DNA from: a virus
Direction: 5' to 3' (one strand)
Virus record (IMG/VR): IMGVR_UViG_3300045988_090683
Length of the DNA: 40,045 nucleotides
The notes under the pieces are model-generated. The model was not told the origin of the DNA. It made no database searches and saw nothing but the letters and a program-made list of their open reading frames with translations. Below, in pieces: positions 17,388-26,205 of the stretch (the stretch's first letter is position 1; each line of letters starts with the position of its first letter). Made by a program: the position numbers and the translations under genes.

Positions 17388-19085
17388 TTATTTTTCTTCA
17401 TATTCAAACACCCCCTCTTCAACTAAAAATTTAATAACCTCAGACATTGCTTTTGATGTAGTGTTATATTTCTTGAGTTTATTATACATAGTATCTGCAT
17501 ACTTTACAACCTCTTGAACGTTAACATTTCTGTTAATATTTTTGATTTGATATACATTCCCTAAACTGTCCACCAATACGGCACTATGTACACATTTATT
17601 TGTTAAATAGTTTTTTATGTCAGTAACAGAAAAAGTGATATTTTTAGGGTGATTATGTATTACTATATATCGATTTGTAGGTGTTTTATCGTTGTTAGGA
17701 TAATAAATCCCTACATTATTAGAGCCTATTTTACCGATATTTTCTTTACCAACTTTTTTAGTCGCTATATCAATCATTATGCCACGTTCTCGATTATAAC
17801 CATTTGCAGCATTTAAGCATGCTATGCATTCTGAAAATACTAGTCTAGTTATATCTTTTGAATAGCCTAGTTCGTTATATTTATCACGATACGCTTTGTT
17901 GTTTATAACTTTAGTATCAATAATATAATCTGAGTTTATATGACTACCCTTCGGTGGGTGTAGTTTTAAAGTATGTTTAGGCATTTCCTGTAACATAGCA
18001 GGAACCCTTGCATTGAATATATCAGACGTCCAACCTCTTGCAAAGTCTTGCCAAGATCCTTTGCCACTCAACACAGTATTTCGACCATTTACACCGAGTA
18101 ACACTTCCTGATTTGGTTTAGTTAGTGTTTGAATATAATCCAAGCCAGCTTGATTTATTCCCTTGTGCTGCTTATTCTCTTGAATATCTAACTCTGTTAA
18201 TGGTTGAATATGGCACATACAATGAGGGTGAGCAGGCAATGTTGGTAATTTATCTTTAGGATATACACCTTTGCCAAGTCCGTATAAATCAGCATTAGCA
18301 TAAAAGTCGCAAATATCAAAGCGAGGGTGCCTTGCAGATAACCGCCATTTATAGGCTACGATATCATCATCGTTCATGTACCTATTTACTTGACCGTCAA
18401 CATAAGCCCTCGCATTTTCTGTACGTGCTATACGTTCAGCATTATAACGTGTCTTTTCCTGAACAGCAGTTTCCAGTGCTTTATTGATACGTTCATCGTT
18501 TCCTTTATCAATAGCATGGGTTAATTCAGTATATGCAGCCCTAACGCCTGGAGTTGTAAGCCTTGATACTTTATCACGAACACTACGTAGCACCTTGCGT
18601 TGTAGTTGCTTAGCTTCCGGAGTACTACTACCCGTTATATTGAGCTTCGTAAGATCATTAATAAATTTAGGTAGTGAGGCTTCTGGAATAATACCACCAT
18701 TGCCATACCCATCGAAGATTGATTTTGCAGTATCTCGTACAGCTTTATTGGTTTTAAACGCTTGCGTCAAAGTATCAGCAACGCTTTGTTTAATAGCATT
18801 AGAACGTCCATAAAGGCGACTAGATAATGTTAAGTTATCAGCCGCCCAGCTTTCAGCCATTGCCATTGAAATGCTTTTAGTACTATACGGAACATCATCG
18901 CCATACCCAGTTATGAATGAGTTCGTTAAATCAGCCTGTAACGTAGGCTTCATCAGTTGCATAACAGGATATGCCTCATAAGCCTTTTTAACAGCTTGCT
19001 TAGGACTATAACCTAATTCAAGGAGTTTCTTTATCTCTGCCTCGAAGTTGGTTATCGCCTTGTCTATCTCCTTCTGCGTCCTCAT
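17388..19085 (-). CDS. Minor head protein, SPP1 gp7 / Mu gpF family, with a C-terminal extension of about 220 aa carrying a JAB/RadC-like motif
   Basis: The MuF core is AERIARTENARAY ... AHPHCMCH. The C-terminal part contains RERGIMIDI ... RYIVIHNHPKNITFSVTDI ... SAVLVDSLGNVY, which resembles the E...HxH...SxxD pattern of JAB/MPN domains. Confidence 0.8.
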   Translation of the reverse strand: MRTQKEIDKAITNFEAEIKKLLELGYSPKQAVKKAYEAYPVMQLMKPTLQADLTNSFITGYGDDVPYSTKSISMAMAESWAADNLTLSSRLYGRSNAIKQSVADTLTQAFKTNKAVRDTAKSIFDGYGNGGIIPEASLPKFINDLTKLNITGSSTPEAKQLQRKVLRSVRDKVSRLTTPGVRAAYTELTHAIDKGNDERINKALETAVQEKTRYNAERIARTENARAYVDGQVNRYMNDDDIVAYKWRLSARHPRFDICDFYANADLYGLGKGVYPKDKLPTLPAHPHCMCHIQPLTELDIQENKQHKGINQAGLDYIQTLTKPNQEVLLGVNGRNTVLSGKGSWQDFARGWTSDIFNARVPAMLQEMPKHTLKLHPPKGSHINSDYIIDTKVINNKAYRDKYNELGYSKDITRLVFSECIACLNAANGYNRERGIMIDIATKKVGKENIGKIGSNNVGIYYPNNDKTPTNRYIVIHNHPKNITFSVTDIKNYLTNKCVHSAVLVDSLGNVYQIKNINRNVNVQEVVKYADTMYNKLKKYNTTSKAMSEVIKFLVEEGVFEYEEK

Positions 19086-20439
19086 CTACTTCGTTCCCTT
19101 CATCATCATGATATGCAAGATCCTGTTCTTGTCGTTGAACAGCTTCTTCAATTTCATCAATAATTTTGTCGTACTCTTTAGGCTCAAGATTAGGTACATA
19201 ACTGTCCAATACTTTTTTACCTGTTTCGACTTTCAAAGTGTTACTGCCAAGGTCTAAATCAAGTACAGATTGAGATTGAGCGATAACATCGGCTACGTCA
19301 TTAATTTTAAAGTTGCGAGGATAATCGCATTTATAGCCGATATTTTCGCCTGTCCACAATTCATATAAATCAATGATGTCATATTCTGCGTTTTCACACT
19401 GCACAGAGAAATCAGCCAACCGTTGATTGGTTCGTTCAAAATCCCATTGCTTAGCTACACCGCTTTTTGACTCCTGTACGCCTATTACTGAGTTAATTCC
19501 TGACAGTCGGTACATATCATCTGTAAGCGTTTTAATTGTTTGTATCAGAATTTGTGCCGGTCCAATATCCGGTGCGATAAACGCAGGAGCATGCCCTGAT
19601 TCGGCCGGATACATTAGCACGTTATTTGTACCAAGTGTAATATCACCAATATTTTGACCGTTATCAGGCAAGGTCAAAATACTAAACGTTTGCATGCTTA
19701 GTATTTGAGATAGTAACGAGCATTGATGATATATTTGGTGGTTAGTTCTTGCAATAGATAGAAATTCAGGAGGTGGCAATATATCTGTTTTCTTTGAGCT
19801 ACGCCCAAACCACTGAACGACAGGTATTCTACCGATATTATGCTCACCTTGTGCAATTACTTTGCCATTTTCGTCTTTTGTTACCCATGATGTTTTTGTC
19901 CATTCATGGAACTGCGTTTTTGCATTACCTTCCTCATCGAACACTTGAGATGTGTACGCAAAAAATTCCAGCTCGCCTGCTTCACTAATTCGCCAGTTAT
20001 ATACGCACTTAGGCTCAACTGCATATAGGTAAGGGAATTGGCGTTTAGAGATCATATCGGCCATCGTTTCACCAAGCTCTGTTACGTTATCGACAATGAT
20101 ATACATAACGCCATACAATTTTGCTTGCGTTGCGTTAAAACGCATAAATTCTTGTAGCGATGTCCCTAATCGGTCTACGTTTTCCAAAAATGAAGCAAAA
20201 ACTTCGCTTTTATTATAGTCGCGTGATATTTCATCTTTAAAAATAGGGTCGACACTCGCATTGAGTATCGGCCCTGTATGGTTTAAATAATATGAAAGTT
20301 TTTTGCGGTACTCATAATTCTGTGCGCTTTCACGAGAATATTTAGGTAACGCACCACCATTAGCGAACATGCCTGTTCCATAATAAGCGTCATGCAGTAA
20401 TTCGTATTCGCTATCTCTTGGATTTGCCATAATAGCCAT
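19018..20439 (-). CDS. Portal protein
   Basis: 473 aa, located between the large terminase and the MuF-like gene, with an acidic C-terminus. SD AGGAGG lies 9 nt upstream. Confidence 0.75.
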   Translation of the reverse strand: MAIMANPRDSEYELLHDAYYGTGMFANGGALPKYSRESAQNYEYRKKLSYYLNHTGPILNASVDPIFKDEISRDYNKSEVFASFLENVDRLGTSLQEFMRFNATQAKLYGVMYIIVDNVTELGETMADMISKRQFPYLYAVEPKCVYNWRISEAGELEFFAYTSQVFDEEGNAKTQFHEWTKTSWVTKDENGKVIAQGEHNIGRIPVVQWFGRSSKKTDILPPPEFLSIARTNHQIYHQCSLLSQILSMQTFSILTLPDNGQNIGDITLGTNNVLMYPAESGHAPAFIAPDIGPAQILIQTIKTLTDDMYRLSGINSVIGVQESKSGVAKQWDFERTNQRLADFSVQCENAEYDIIDLYELWTGENIGYKCDYPRNFKINDVADVIAQSQSVLDLDLGSNTLKVETGKKVLDSYVPNLEPKEYDKIIDEIEEAVQRQEQDLAYHDDEGNEVDEDAEGDRQGDNQLRGRDKETP

Positions 20440-20452
20440 ATAAATAAGCCTC

Positions 20453-21865
20453 CTAATAAATATTGGTACGTGTTGACTTGTAGTCCGGTGCAGTCAGCTT
20501 TTCTGCAATACCTGTTAATGCGTCCGGAGCATCGTCATGTTCATTTTTGCCTTCACGTTGATAACGTGTGATAGCTTTATAAAAATCAGGCCATTTGTCA
20601 GCCCAGTTTATAGGAAAATAAATATGCTCCATAACCCAAGTTGCATTGGATAATATGCGAGCCTCTTTATTTTTAGATTGGTGGAACGCTACAACCTTTG
20701 TATAATTGCTTTTATACTCATCACGTAACAGCCGTGTAACCTGTCTTGCAAACCCTCTACCACCATTATTGCTTTCAAAATCTGCTACATTAACACGATT
20801 ACGATATAGCATTTCAGCAACAGCAGGTTCTGTTTGTTCCATTGCTGCTTTCGTAAATACAACGTCTAATATATAAGCCTCTTTGTTATAAATGCCATAC
20901 GTGATACTTGCTAACCAGTCCTCGCCAGTATCAGCCGTATCAGTGTAGTTTTTAATTTGAGTAAATAAAGGTTCGCCAGCTTCATTGCAAGGAATATGCT
21001 CATAGGTTTTCAATTCAGAATACAAGCACCCTTTTAAATCGATTGGTATTTGTTGATAGTTCGCACTGGCTATGTCCTCACCCATCGCCCTGCACTTTTC
21101 TTGGTAACTTTCATAAGACAATACATCGTCGCATAACATCGTTCCATCGTCTTGTAAGGCCTTCATAGTAATAACCTTTGCTTTATCCCCAAAGTGTTCG
21201 ATGGCCCTACCTGCTAGATCATCACTAGCCCAACGTGTCATGATGATTATAATCTTGCCACCTTCCTCGAGCCGTGAAAGCATAGTATTAGTGAACCAAT
21301 CCCAGTGCTTTGCCTTAGTGTTTTCGTTATAAGCCTCCTCGGCGTTCTTGATAATATCATCGATAATCAGAATAGAGGCACCAAAGCCTGTAGCGGTACC
21401 ACTAGGGGAAGTCGCGAGGTAACTATTATAACCACCTTCAAGCGACCACATATCCATGCTAGCATCGCCACGCTTGATACGTACGTTAGGGAATATGTCG
21501 GTATACACCACTCTGTTTTTATCAGCTTTAACTTCTTGAATGTCATTTCTAACATTCTTTGCGAATGTAGTTGATAGAGTTGTGTTATATGAACCTGTCA
21601 TGACTTTTTCAACAGGGTTCTTGCCAAGTATCCACTTGACGGCCATTTGAGCTGTACGACTTTTACCATGACGAGGTGGCATGTTCATTATAAGGACCTT
21701 TTGTTTAGGGTCCTCGTAAAAGTTCTGTATCTCATCACATAAATGAACTAGGTATTCACGTTCCTTTTTGTAAAAGTCAGGCGCCTGCAAGTGGCAATAA
21801 TAAAAAAACTCACGCCGAGCCAGCTCATATTTGAACTGTAGCATGAGTTCCGGGGTGAGTTTCAT
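20453..21865 (-). CDS. terL: Terminase large subunit
   Basis: Walker A-like MPPRHGKSRT, Walker B ILIIDDIIK and C-terminal nuclease-type acidic motifs (ADTGEDW, HDDAPDAL). The gene follows the small subunit. Confidence 0.9.
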   Translation of the reverse strand: MKLTPELMLQFKYELARREFFYYCHLQAPDFYKKEREYLVHLCDEIQNFYEDPKQKVLIMNMPPRHGKSRTAQMAVKWILGKNPVEKVMTGSYNTTLSTTFAKNVRNDIQEVKADKNRVVYTDIFPNVRIKRGDASMDMWSLEGGYNSYLATSPSGTATGFGASILIIDDIIKNAEEAYNENTKAKHWDWFTNTMLSRLEEGGKIIIIMTRWASDDLAGRAIEHFGDKAKVITMKALQDDGTMLCDDVLSYESYQEKCRAMGEDIASANYQQIPIDLKGCLYSELKTYEHIPCNEAGEPLFTQIKNYTDTADTGEDWLASITYGIYNKEAYILDVVFTKAAMEQTEPAVAEMLYRNRVNVADFESNNGGRGFARQVTRLLRDEYKSNYTKVVAFHQSKNKEARILSNATWVMEHIYFPINWADKWPDFYKAITRYQREGKNEHDDAPDALTGIAEKLTAPDYKSTRTNIY

Positions 21866-21869
21866 ATCC

Positions 21870-22247
21870 TCACCCCTCTTTATCGATTAGCTTTTTAAGT
21901 TCCTCTGTTGTTACCCCTTCAAGTGGGTTGCTTTGAACAGTAGTATTGACTTCCATTTCTGTTTTATCAGTCTGTCCAAGAAATTGCTTGCCAAGAAATA
22001 TTGCCATAGTTGCAGATCTATCGGCCAGCTTCCACTGTTTTCGTCGTAAGCTAATCTTGCCTGCACTTCTCTTTTCACGAAAAACATCGGAAAATGTCTT
22101 GCCATACGTTCGCTTGCACCACGCATTAAGTGTCTTATCGCTAACCCCTAGAACGAGGGTAATTTCTTCCTGCGTAGCTTGAATTTGGCACATCGCTTCG
22201 AACTGTTCTTGTTTGATATTCTTTTTTGGTCGCCCCATTTTAGCCAT
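21870..22247 (-). CDS. terS: Terminase small subunit (HTH type)
   Basis: 125 aa with N-terminal GRPKK and an HTH (EEITLVLGVSDKTLNAWCKR). It lies immediately upstream of terL. Confidence 0.7.
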   Translation of the reverse strand: MAKMGRPKKNIKQEQFEAMCQIQATQEEITLVLGVSDKTLNAWCKRTYGKTFSDVFREKRSAGKISLRRKQWKLADRSATMAIFLGKQFLGQTDKTEMEVNTTVQSNPLEGVTTEELKKLIDKEG

Positions 22248-22250
22248 ACG

Positions 22251-23105
22251 CTAACCCCCTTTCTTATATTTCTGAGATAATATCTTTGGTGTACAGCACT
22301 CCCATTTGACTTGATGATGCATACGCATATGCTTATCGCCCATCGCAGCTACTTTTACACATGAAGGCGAGTACATAACAGAATAAAAGGACTTAACGAA
22401 CGTACCACTATCTAGGTACATTTCGGTTAAGCCCCCTTTATTTTTCTGAGTCTGCCCTTGATTGAGCATAAATAACATAGTTGTAAATATCAAATGTCCA
22501 GTTTCGCCATATCTTACATACATGGTTGTATCTTCATTGATACGACCAAAGAATTTATAAGGCTTATCTGTTCTACAGAAAAAACTGTTCATCGCTTTGC
22601 GCAGTAACTTCCTTTTGAAGTTCCCATTATCTACGCCACCAATAAAGTCGCCACCTTGCGCAAGTGCAACAGTTAGTGCGCCTGTATCATCTAGGAATTT
22701 AAGCATACATCGAAATACATCATCTAACCGCTTTGTCTTACACGACAATAATTTATCGCCAACTTGGTAACGATGCGCAAATAAGTTGTAATCATCGTCC
22801 AATACAAGGAAGTGTGTTAAGCCTAACTCCGCAGCTATGGTATGACAATAATTACGAGCATATATAACGCCCTTTAACTTAGGTTCTAAATCGGCAGGGT
22901 CCACTAAAACAGATGCAGCTTGTTTACTAAATATCCTAACAATATCTGTACCATATCTATCGACATAAGATTGTCGCATATCGTCCTCATCATCAACAAT
23001 GATATAAATCTTACCGGTATAACCTTGGTCGATTAATGTTTGATACGTTTTAACATTGCCAGCCCTGCCATGACTTAAAATGAATACAGCAAATTTTTCG
23101 TTCAT
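22251..23105 (-). CDS. GT-A-like (DxD) putative glycosyltransferase, paralogue 2
   Basis: Aligns end to end with the upstream neighbour (FILSHGR, IYIIVDDED, YGTDIVRIFSK, IYARN, FLVLDDDYN, RYQVGDKL). ATG 23105 has SD AGGTGGA and an ATGA overlap. No TM segment or signal peptide is present. Confidence 0.6.
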   Translation of the reverse strand: MNEKFAVFILSHGRAGNVKTYQTLIDQGYTGKIYIIVDDEDDMRQSYVDRYGTDIVRIFSKQAASVLVDPADLEPKLKGVIYARNYCHTIAAELGLTHFLVLDDDYNLFAHRYQVGDKLLSCKTKRLDDVFRCMLKFLDDTGALTVALAQGGDFIGGVDNGNFKRKLLRKAMNSFFCRTDKPYKFFGRINEDTTMYVRYGETGHLIFTTMLFMLNQGQTQKNKGGLTEMYLDSGTFVKSFYSVMYSPSCVKVAAMGDKHMRMHHQVKWECCTPKILSQKYKKGG

Positions 23106-23959
23106 TTCTTCCACCTGTCTGACAAGATCATTGGATAATAGTTGCTCATATATTTTTTAGTGAACGTATTACTATCTAATCGCATTGCAATCGTAGCAGG
23201 TACATAAATAAGTGTTCCGAAGTGTCGATAATAGTCATTGCTTTTATCGTAATGTCCTTCAATACCGCCACCCTCTTTGTTTCTACCTTCAACAATTGCG
23301 CTTTGTTGTAATAAGCCACATGAAAACATCATTTTTCCTTGTTGATTGTATAAAATGCTTGCTGCCAAATCCTCCTGGCACTCACTTGCATAACGTATTC
23401 GCTTTCCAGCTCGGTATAATCCGATATTAAATACAACACGTTTCATGCCTTCTGCTACGATAGGTGCTTTCACGCCACCCATGAAAGCAATGTGCGGTGC
23501 AATTCCTATACAATATATTTTATCAGACGTTTTCATATATTCAGATAACGCAATAAAGCAATTACCGACATCATGTACGTTCTTACTTCTTAACTTATCA
23601 CCATCTGGATATCGATAAGTAATGCTATCGATATCATCATCAGCAATAACGAAAAAGTCGTACCCTTTTTCTAAAGCCAAATCATATGCAGCATTTCTTG
23701 CATATACGGCATGTAATCCAGTAGGAGATTGAACACCACTATCGCAACTATCCATGTATCTTTGCTTATCAAATACAACTATTCTGTCGCCATAGTTTTG
23801 AATATATTCAGTTAGCGTTGTATCAAGATCATCACAAACAATAAATATATCGTCAGTTTCTACACCACCTGAACGCAGTAATTTATATGTTAGCTGTTCA
23901 TTAGGTCTGCCATGAGAAATAATGAAATAACCGATTTTAGTCTTGTTCGTTTTCTTCAC
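23102..23959 (-). CDS. GT-A-like (DxD) putative glycosyltransferase, paralogue 1
   Basis: Motifs FIISHGR, IFIVCDDLD, YGDRIVVFDK, VYARN, FVIADDDID and RYPDGDKL. The GTG start at 23959 has SD GGAGG 9 nt upstream. The fold assignment is inference from motif layout only. Confidence 0.6.
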   Translation of the reverse strand: MKKTNKTKIGYFIISHGRPNEQLTYKLLRSGGVETDDIFIVCDDLDTTLTEYIQNYGDRIVVFDKQRYMDSCDSGVQSPTGLHAVYARNAAYDLALEKGYDFFVIADDDIDSITYRYPDGDKLRSKNVHDVGNCFIALSEYMKTSDKIYCIGIAPHIAFMGGVKAPIVAEGMKRVVFNIGLYRAGKRIRYASECQEDLAASILYNQQGKMMFSCGLLQQSAIVEGRNKEGGGIEGHYDKSNDYYRHFGTLIYVPATIAMRLDSNTFTKKYMSNYYPMILSDRWKK

Positions 23960-24674
23960 CTAAAATCGCCTCCAAGCTACTCGATAATTGTACATATCCA
24001 TTTTTGATAGCATCGTCATAATCTATAATAACTAATGCAGACCGTTCCATAAGGTCTTGCATTTCTTCGCTAGCATTAGCATAATATTCGGCAATGCGTT
24101 TGTAATTAAATTGGTTATGACGTTGTGCAGCCTTGCGAAGAAATTCTTTTTCCTTTTCACTTACATTGCTATCGTCAATTTCGATAAGCAAAGCGATTGT
24201 TTTATCATCATCTAGGCAACTTTCGAGCGGTACCACTTCTCCGGTAGGTTCATATTGTGGAATGTTAATATCAGCAGTGTACGTGTCGTCAGGTTCTTCG
24301 AGCTCATCTTCTTCATTCACAAACCCAAAGTCTGACATATCTACTTCGAGAATGCCTTGTAATTCTTCAAGTAATGCGTCCTGGTCCCATTCAGCGAACT
24401 CGCTCACCTTATTATCGGCAAGTCTAAAAGCCTTTACCTGTTGCTCTGTAAGATCATCTGCCACAATACAAGGTACTGTTTTTAGTTTCAACTCCTTAGC
24501 GGCCCTATATCGTGTATGACCGGCAATAATAATGCCGTCCTTATCAATTACGATAGGTACTTTGAAACCGAATTCACGAATAGAATTAGCAACAGGTGCA
24601 ACGGCACTATCATTTTTTCGTGGATTATTTCCATACGGTTTAATGTCCGCTATATTCTTTTCAACGATATTCAT
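23937..24674 (-). CDS. ParB/Srx N-terminal-domain protein with an acidic C-terminal half
   Basis: IKPYGNNPRKN ... IIIAGHTRYRAAKELKLKTVPCIV is a ParB-like nuclease/CTP-binding-type motif. The C-terminal half is very acidic and contains no recognisable methylase motifs. Confidence 0.75.
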   Translation of the reverse strand: MNIVEKNIADIKPYGNNPRKNDSAVAPVANSIREFGFKVPIVIDKDGIIIAGHTRYRAAKELKLKTVPCIVADDLTEQQVKAFRLADNKVSEFAEWDQDALLEELQGILEVDMSDFGFVNEEDELEEPDDTYTADINIPQYEPTGEVVPLESCLDDDKTIALLIEIDDSNVSEKEKEFLRKAAQRHNQFNYKRIAEYYANASEEMQDLMERSALVIIDYDDAIKNGYVQLSSSLEAILGEENEQD

Positions 24675-24862
24675 TTTAGTACGCTCCTTTTACTAGATTT
24701 ATAACGATTGTGTTCCTTCTTCATTGTGCAGCCACTATATCGACAAGCAGCTTCAGAAGTAAGAAAAGCCTGGCAACGTCTATCAAATACGATAAAGTTT
24801 GCTATACATTTGCCACGCTTATTGTTAAGGCAATTCGTAGCCTTGCATTTGATTGTAGTCAT
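24671..24862 (-). CDS. Small Cys-rich protein (DUF1540-like)
   Basis: 63 aa; IKCKATNCLNNKRGKCIANFIVF resembles the C..C...C.A..I.V pattern. It is the first ORF after the late promoter/terminator and has an ATGA overlap with the ParB-like gene. Confidence 0.55.
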   Translation of the reverse strand: MTTIKCKATNCLNNKRGKCIANFIVFDRRCQAFLTSEAACRYSGCTMKKEHNRYKSSKRSVLK

Positions 24863-24880
24863 TGTTTCAGCCTTTTTTTA

Positions 24881-24930
24881 TAAACGAAAAAGCCCAAATA
24901 CATATTCGAGAGAACGACATGTATTTGAGC
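24881..24930 (-). terminator. Intrinsic terminator between the ArpU-type regulator and the late operon (T tracts on both strands)
   Basis: The stem pairs 24892-24903 with 24919-24930 (12 positions, one mismatch, plus 3 inner pairs). It is followed on the minus strand by TTTTTCGTTTA and on the plus strand by TTTTTCG. Confidence 0.7.
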
Positions 24931-25011
24931 TTTTTCGCTGATAGTTTTTGAAGGATAGGTATAGTGTTCTATGTAGAATGCCAAGGGTATTGAACAGTAT
25001 TCAACGCTAAC

Positions 25012-25040
25012 ATTATAATATGGCCGTTTTGCAAAGTAAA
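25012..25040 (-). promoter_or_regulatory. Sigma70-like promoter upstream of the late-operon terminator
   Basis: On the minus strand: -35 TTTACT (25040-25035), a 17-nt spacer, and -10 TATAAT (25017-25012). It lies just downstream of the ArpU-like stop codon. Confidence 0.5.
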
Positions 25041-25063
25041 TGAAATGTTTTTGCAAGCATTTG

Positions 25064-25582
25064 TCAAGCTGCTTGAACCCCCCAAAGTAAGATGCTTACG
25101 TCCTTTTCAGCCCTTTCGAGGTAATTATATACAGTTCGTGTTGATACATGTTTTGCATCGGCTATTTCTTCAACTGACATTTTTTCGATATAAAAATCAA
25201 TCAAAATGTCAAAAAAGGGTTCGCATCGATGTTCACATTGTGTACGATACACGGCCAGCATGCTATCGATATGTTCAATAATCAATTCGGTACGCCTCTT
25301 ACTAGAGGCAATCGCCTCGACACGAAGTAAACCCCTACGATTAAATACTTCGTTAAGCACAATTTGAAGATCACTAGGAACGCTATTTTCTACACTTGCT
25401 ATCGCATGTTCGCAGTGTTCCTTCAATTCATTATAGCCATTCAACAGCCTTTTTGTATTTTCCCTTGCCTTTTTACAGTTCTGTTCGTGCCTGTGTTCTT
25501 CCAACTTTTTATACTTATCAATAGCACTTTCACTGGCGATTTTTATTATTTCTTCGATTGTCCATTCCCTGACTGTTTCCAT
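25064..25582 (-). CDS. ArpU-family / sigma-70 region-4-like late transcriptional regulator
   Basis: 172 aa. The C-terminal MSVEEIADAKHVSTRTVYNYLERAEKDV is a sigma r4-type HTH. This is the typical position upstream of the packaging genes in Firmicute phages. Confidence 0.75.
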   Translation of the reverse strand: METVREWTIEEIIKIASESAIDKYKKLEEHRHEQNCKKARENTKRLLNGYNELKEHCEHAIASVENSVPSDLQIVLNEVFNRRGLLRVEAIASSKRRTELIIEHIDSMLAVYRTQCEHRCEPFFDILIDFYIEKMSVEEIADAKHVSTRTVYNYLERAEKDVSILLWGVQAA

Positions 25583-25752
25583 TCATTTTTTCCCCTTACA
25601 TATAACGTGATAACATGCTTCTCCTTAATTTCATCAAAAGAACTTGTAAACTGTTCGATAAAATATTCTTTGTTATCTTCAATATTTTTTATTTTGAACT
25701 CGTCATTTTTTCCCATAAGAGTTGCTATTTTTAATATTTCTTGAATATTCAT
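25546..25752 (-). CDS. Hypothetical protein
   Basis: 68-aa ORF with SD AAGGGG 6-7 nt upstream. It overlaps the ArpU-like start by 37 nt. Confidence 0.5.
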   Translation of the reverse strand: MNIQEILKIATLMGKNDEFKIKNIEDNKEYFIEQFTSSFDEIKEKHVITLYVRGKNEWKQSGNGQSKK

Positions 25753-25763
25753 ATTAAGCCCCT

Positions 25764-26204
25764 TTATTTATCAGTACTACCGAACCCACCTGTTCGCTTT
25801 CTAGTGGCTGTATCATAGCTTGCAATTCTATAAGGCATAAATACTAATTGTGCTAGACGATCACCAGCTTTATAGTGAAACACTTTATCGCCAATATTAC
25901 GTAACGGTATCATGATATGCCCTTCGTTAGTTTCATTGTTGTAATAGTCAGCGTCAATAATACCTGTGCCGTTAGCCAACATCACTGCATTGTTAATACC
26001 TACACTTGAGCGTAAATGCAATTGTAAATACTCGTCCGGATTAATTTTGCACTTAACACCAGTTTCGATAAGTACTATCTCGCCCGGATTAACATACCCA
26101 GTATGATAAGCGCACAAATCATAACCAGCTGCAAATTCTGTCTTCCGTTCAGGCATAATTGCATCGTGATAGCCTGTTACTTGCTCAAATAAATTTTCGT
26201 TCAT
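25764..26204 (-). CDS. dut: dUTP diphosphatase (trimeric dUTPase)
   Basis: Motifs AAGYDL, LRSSVG, GIIDADY and the C-terminal RTGGFGSTD (motif V). Confidence 0.9.
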   Translation of the reverse strand: MNENLFEQVTGYHDAIMPERKTEFAAGYDLCAYHTGYVNPGEIVLIETGVKCKINPDEYLQLHLRSSVGINNAVMLANGTGIIDADYYNNETNEGHIMIPLRNIGDKVFHYKAGDRLAQLVFMPYRIASYDTATRKRTGGFGSTDK

Positions 26205-26205
26205 G

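Noticed and set aside
24859-25056. 65-aa minus-strand ORF between the ArpU-like gene and the Cys-rich gene
   Set aside because: It lies over a promoter-like element and a long terminator hairpin, has no SD, and encodes an odd Y/F-rich sequence. I treat it as a non-coding leader.
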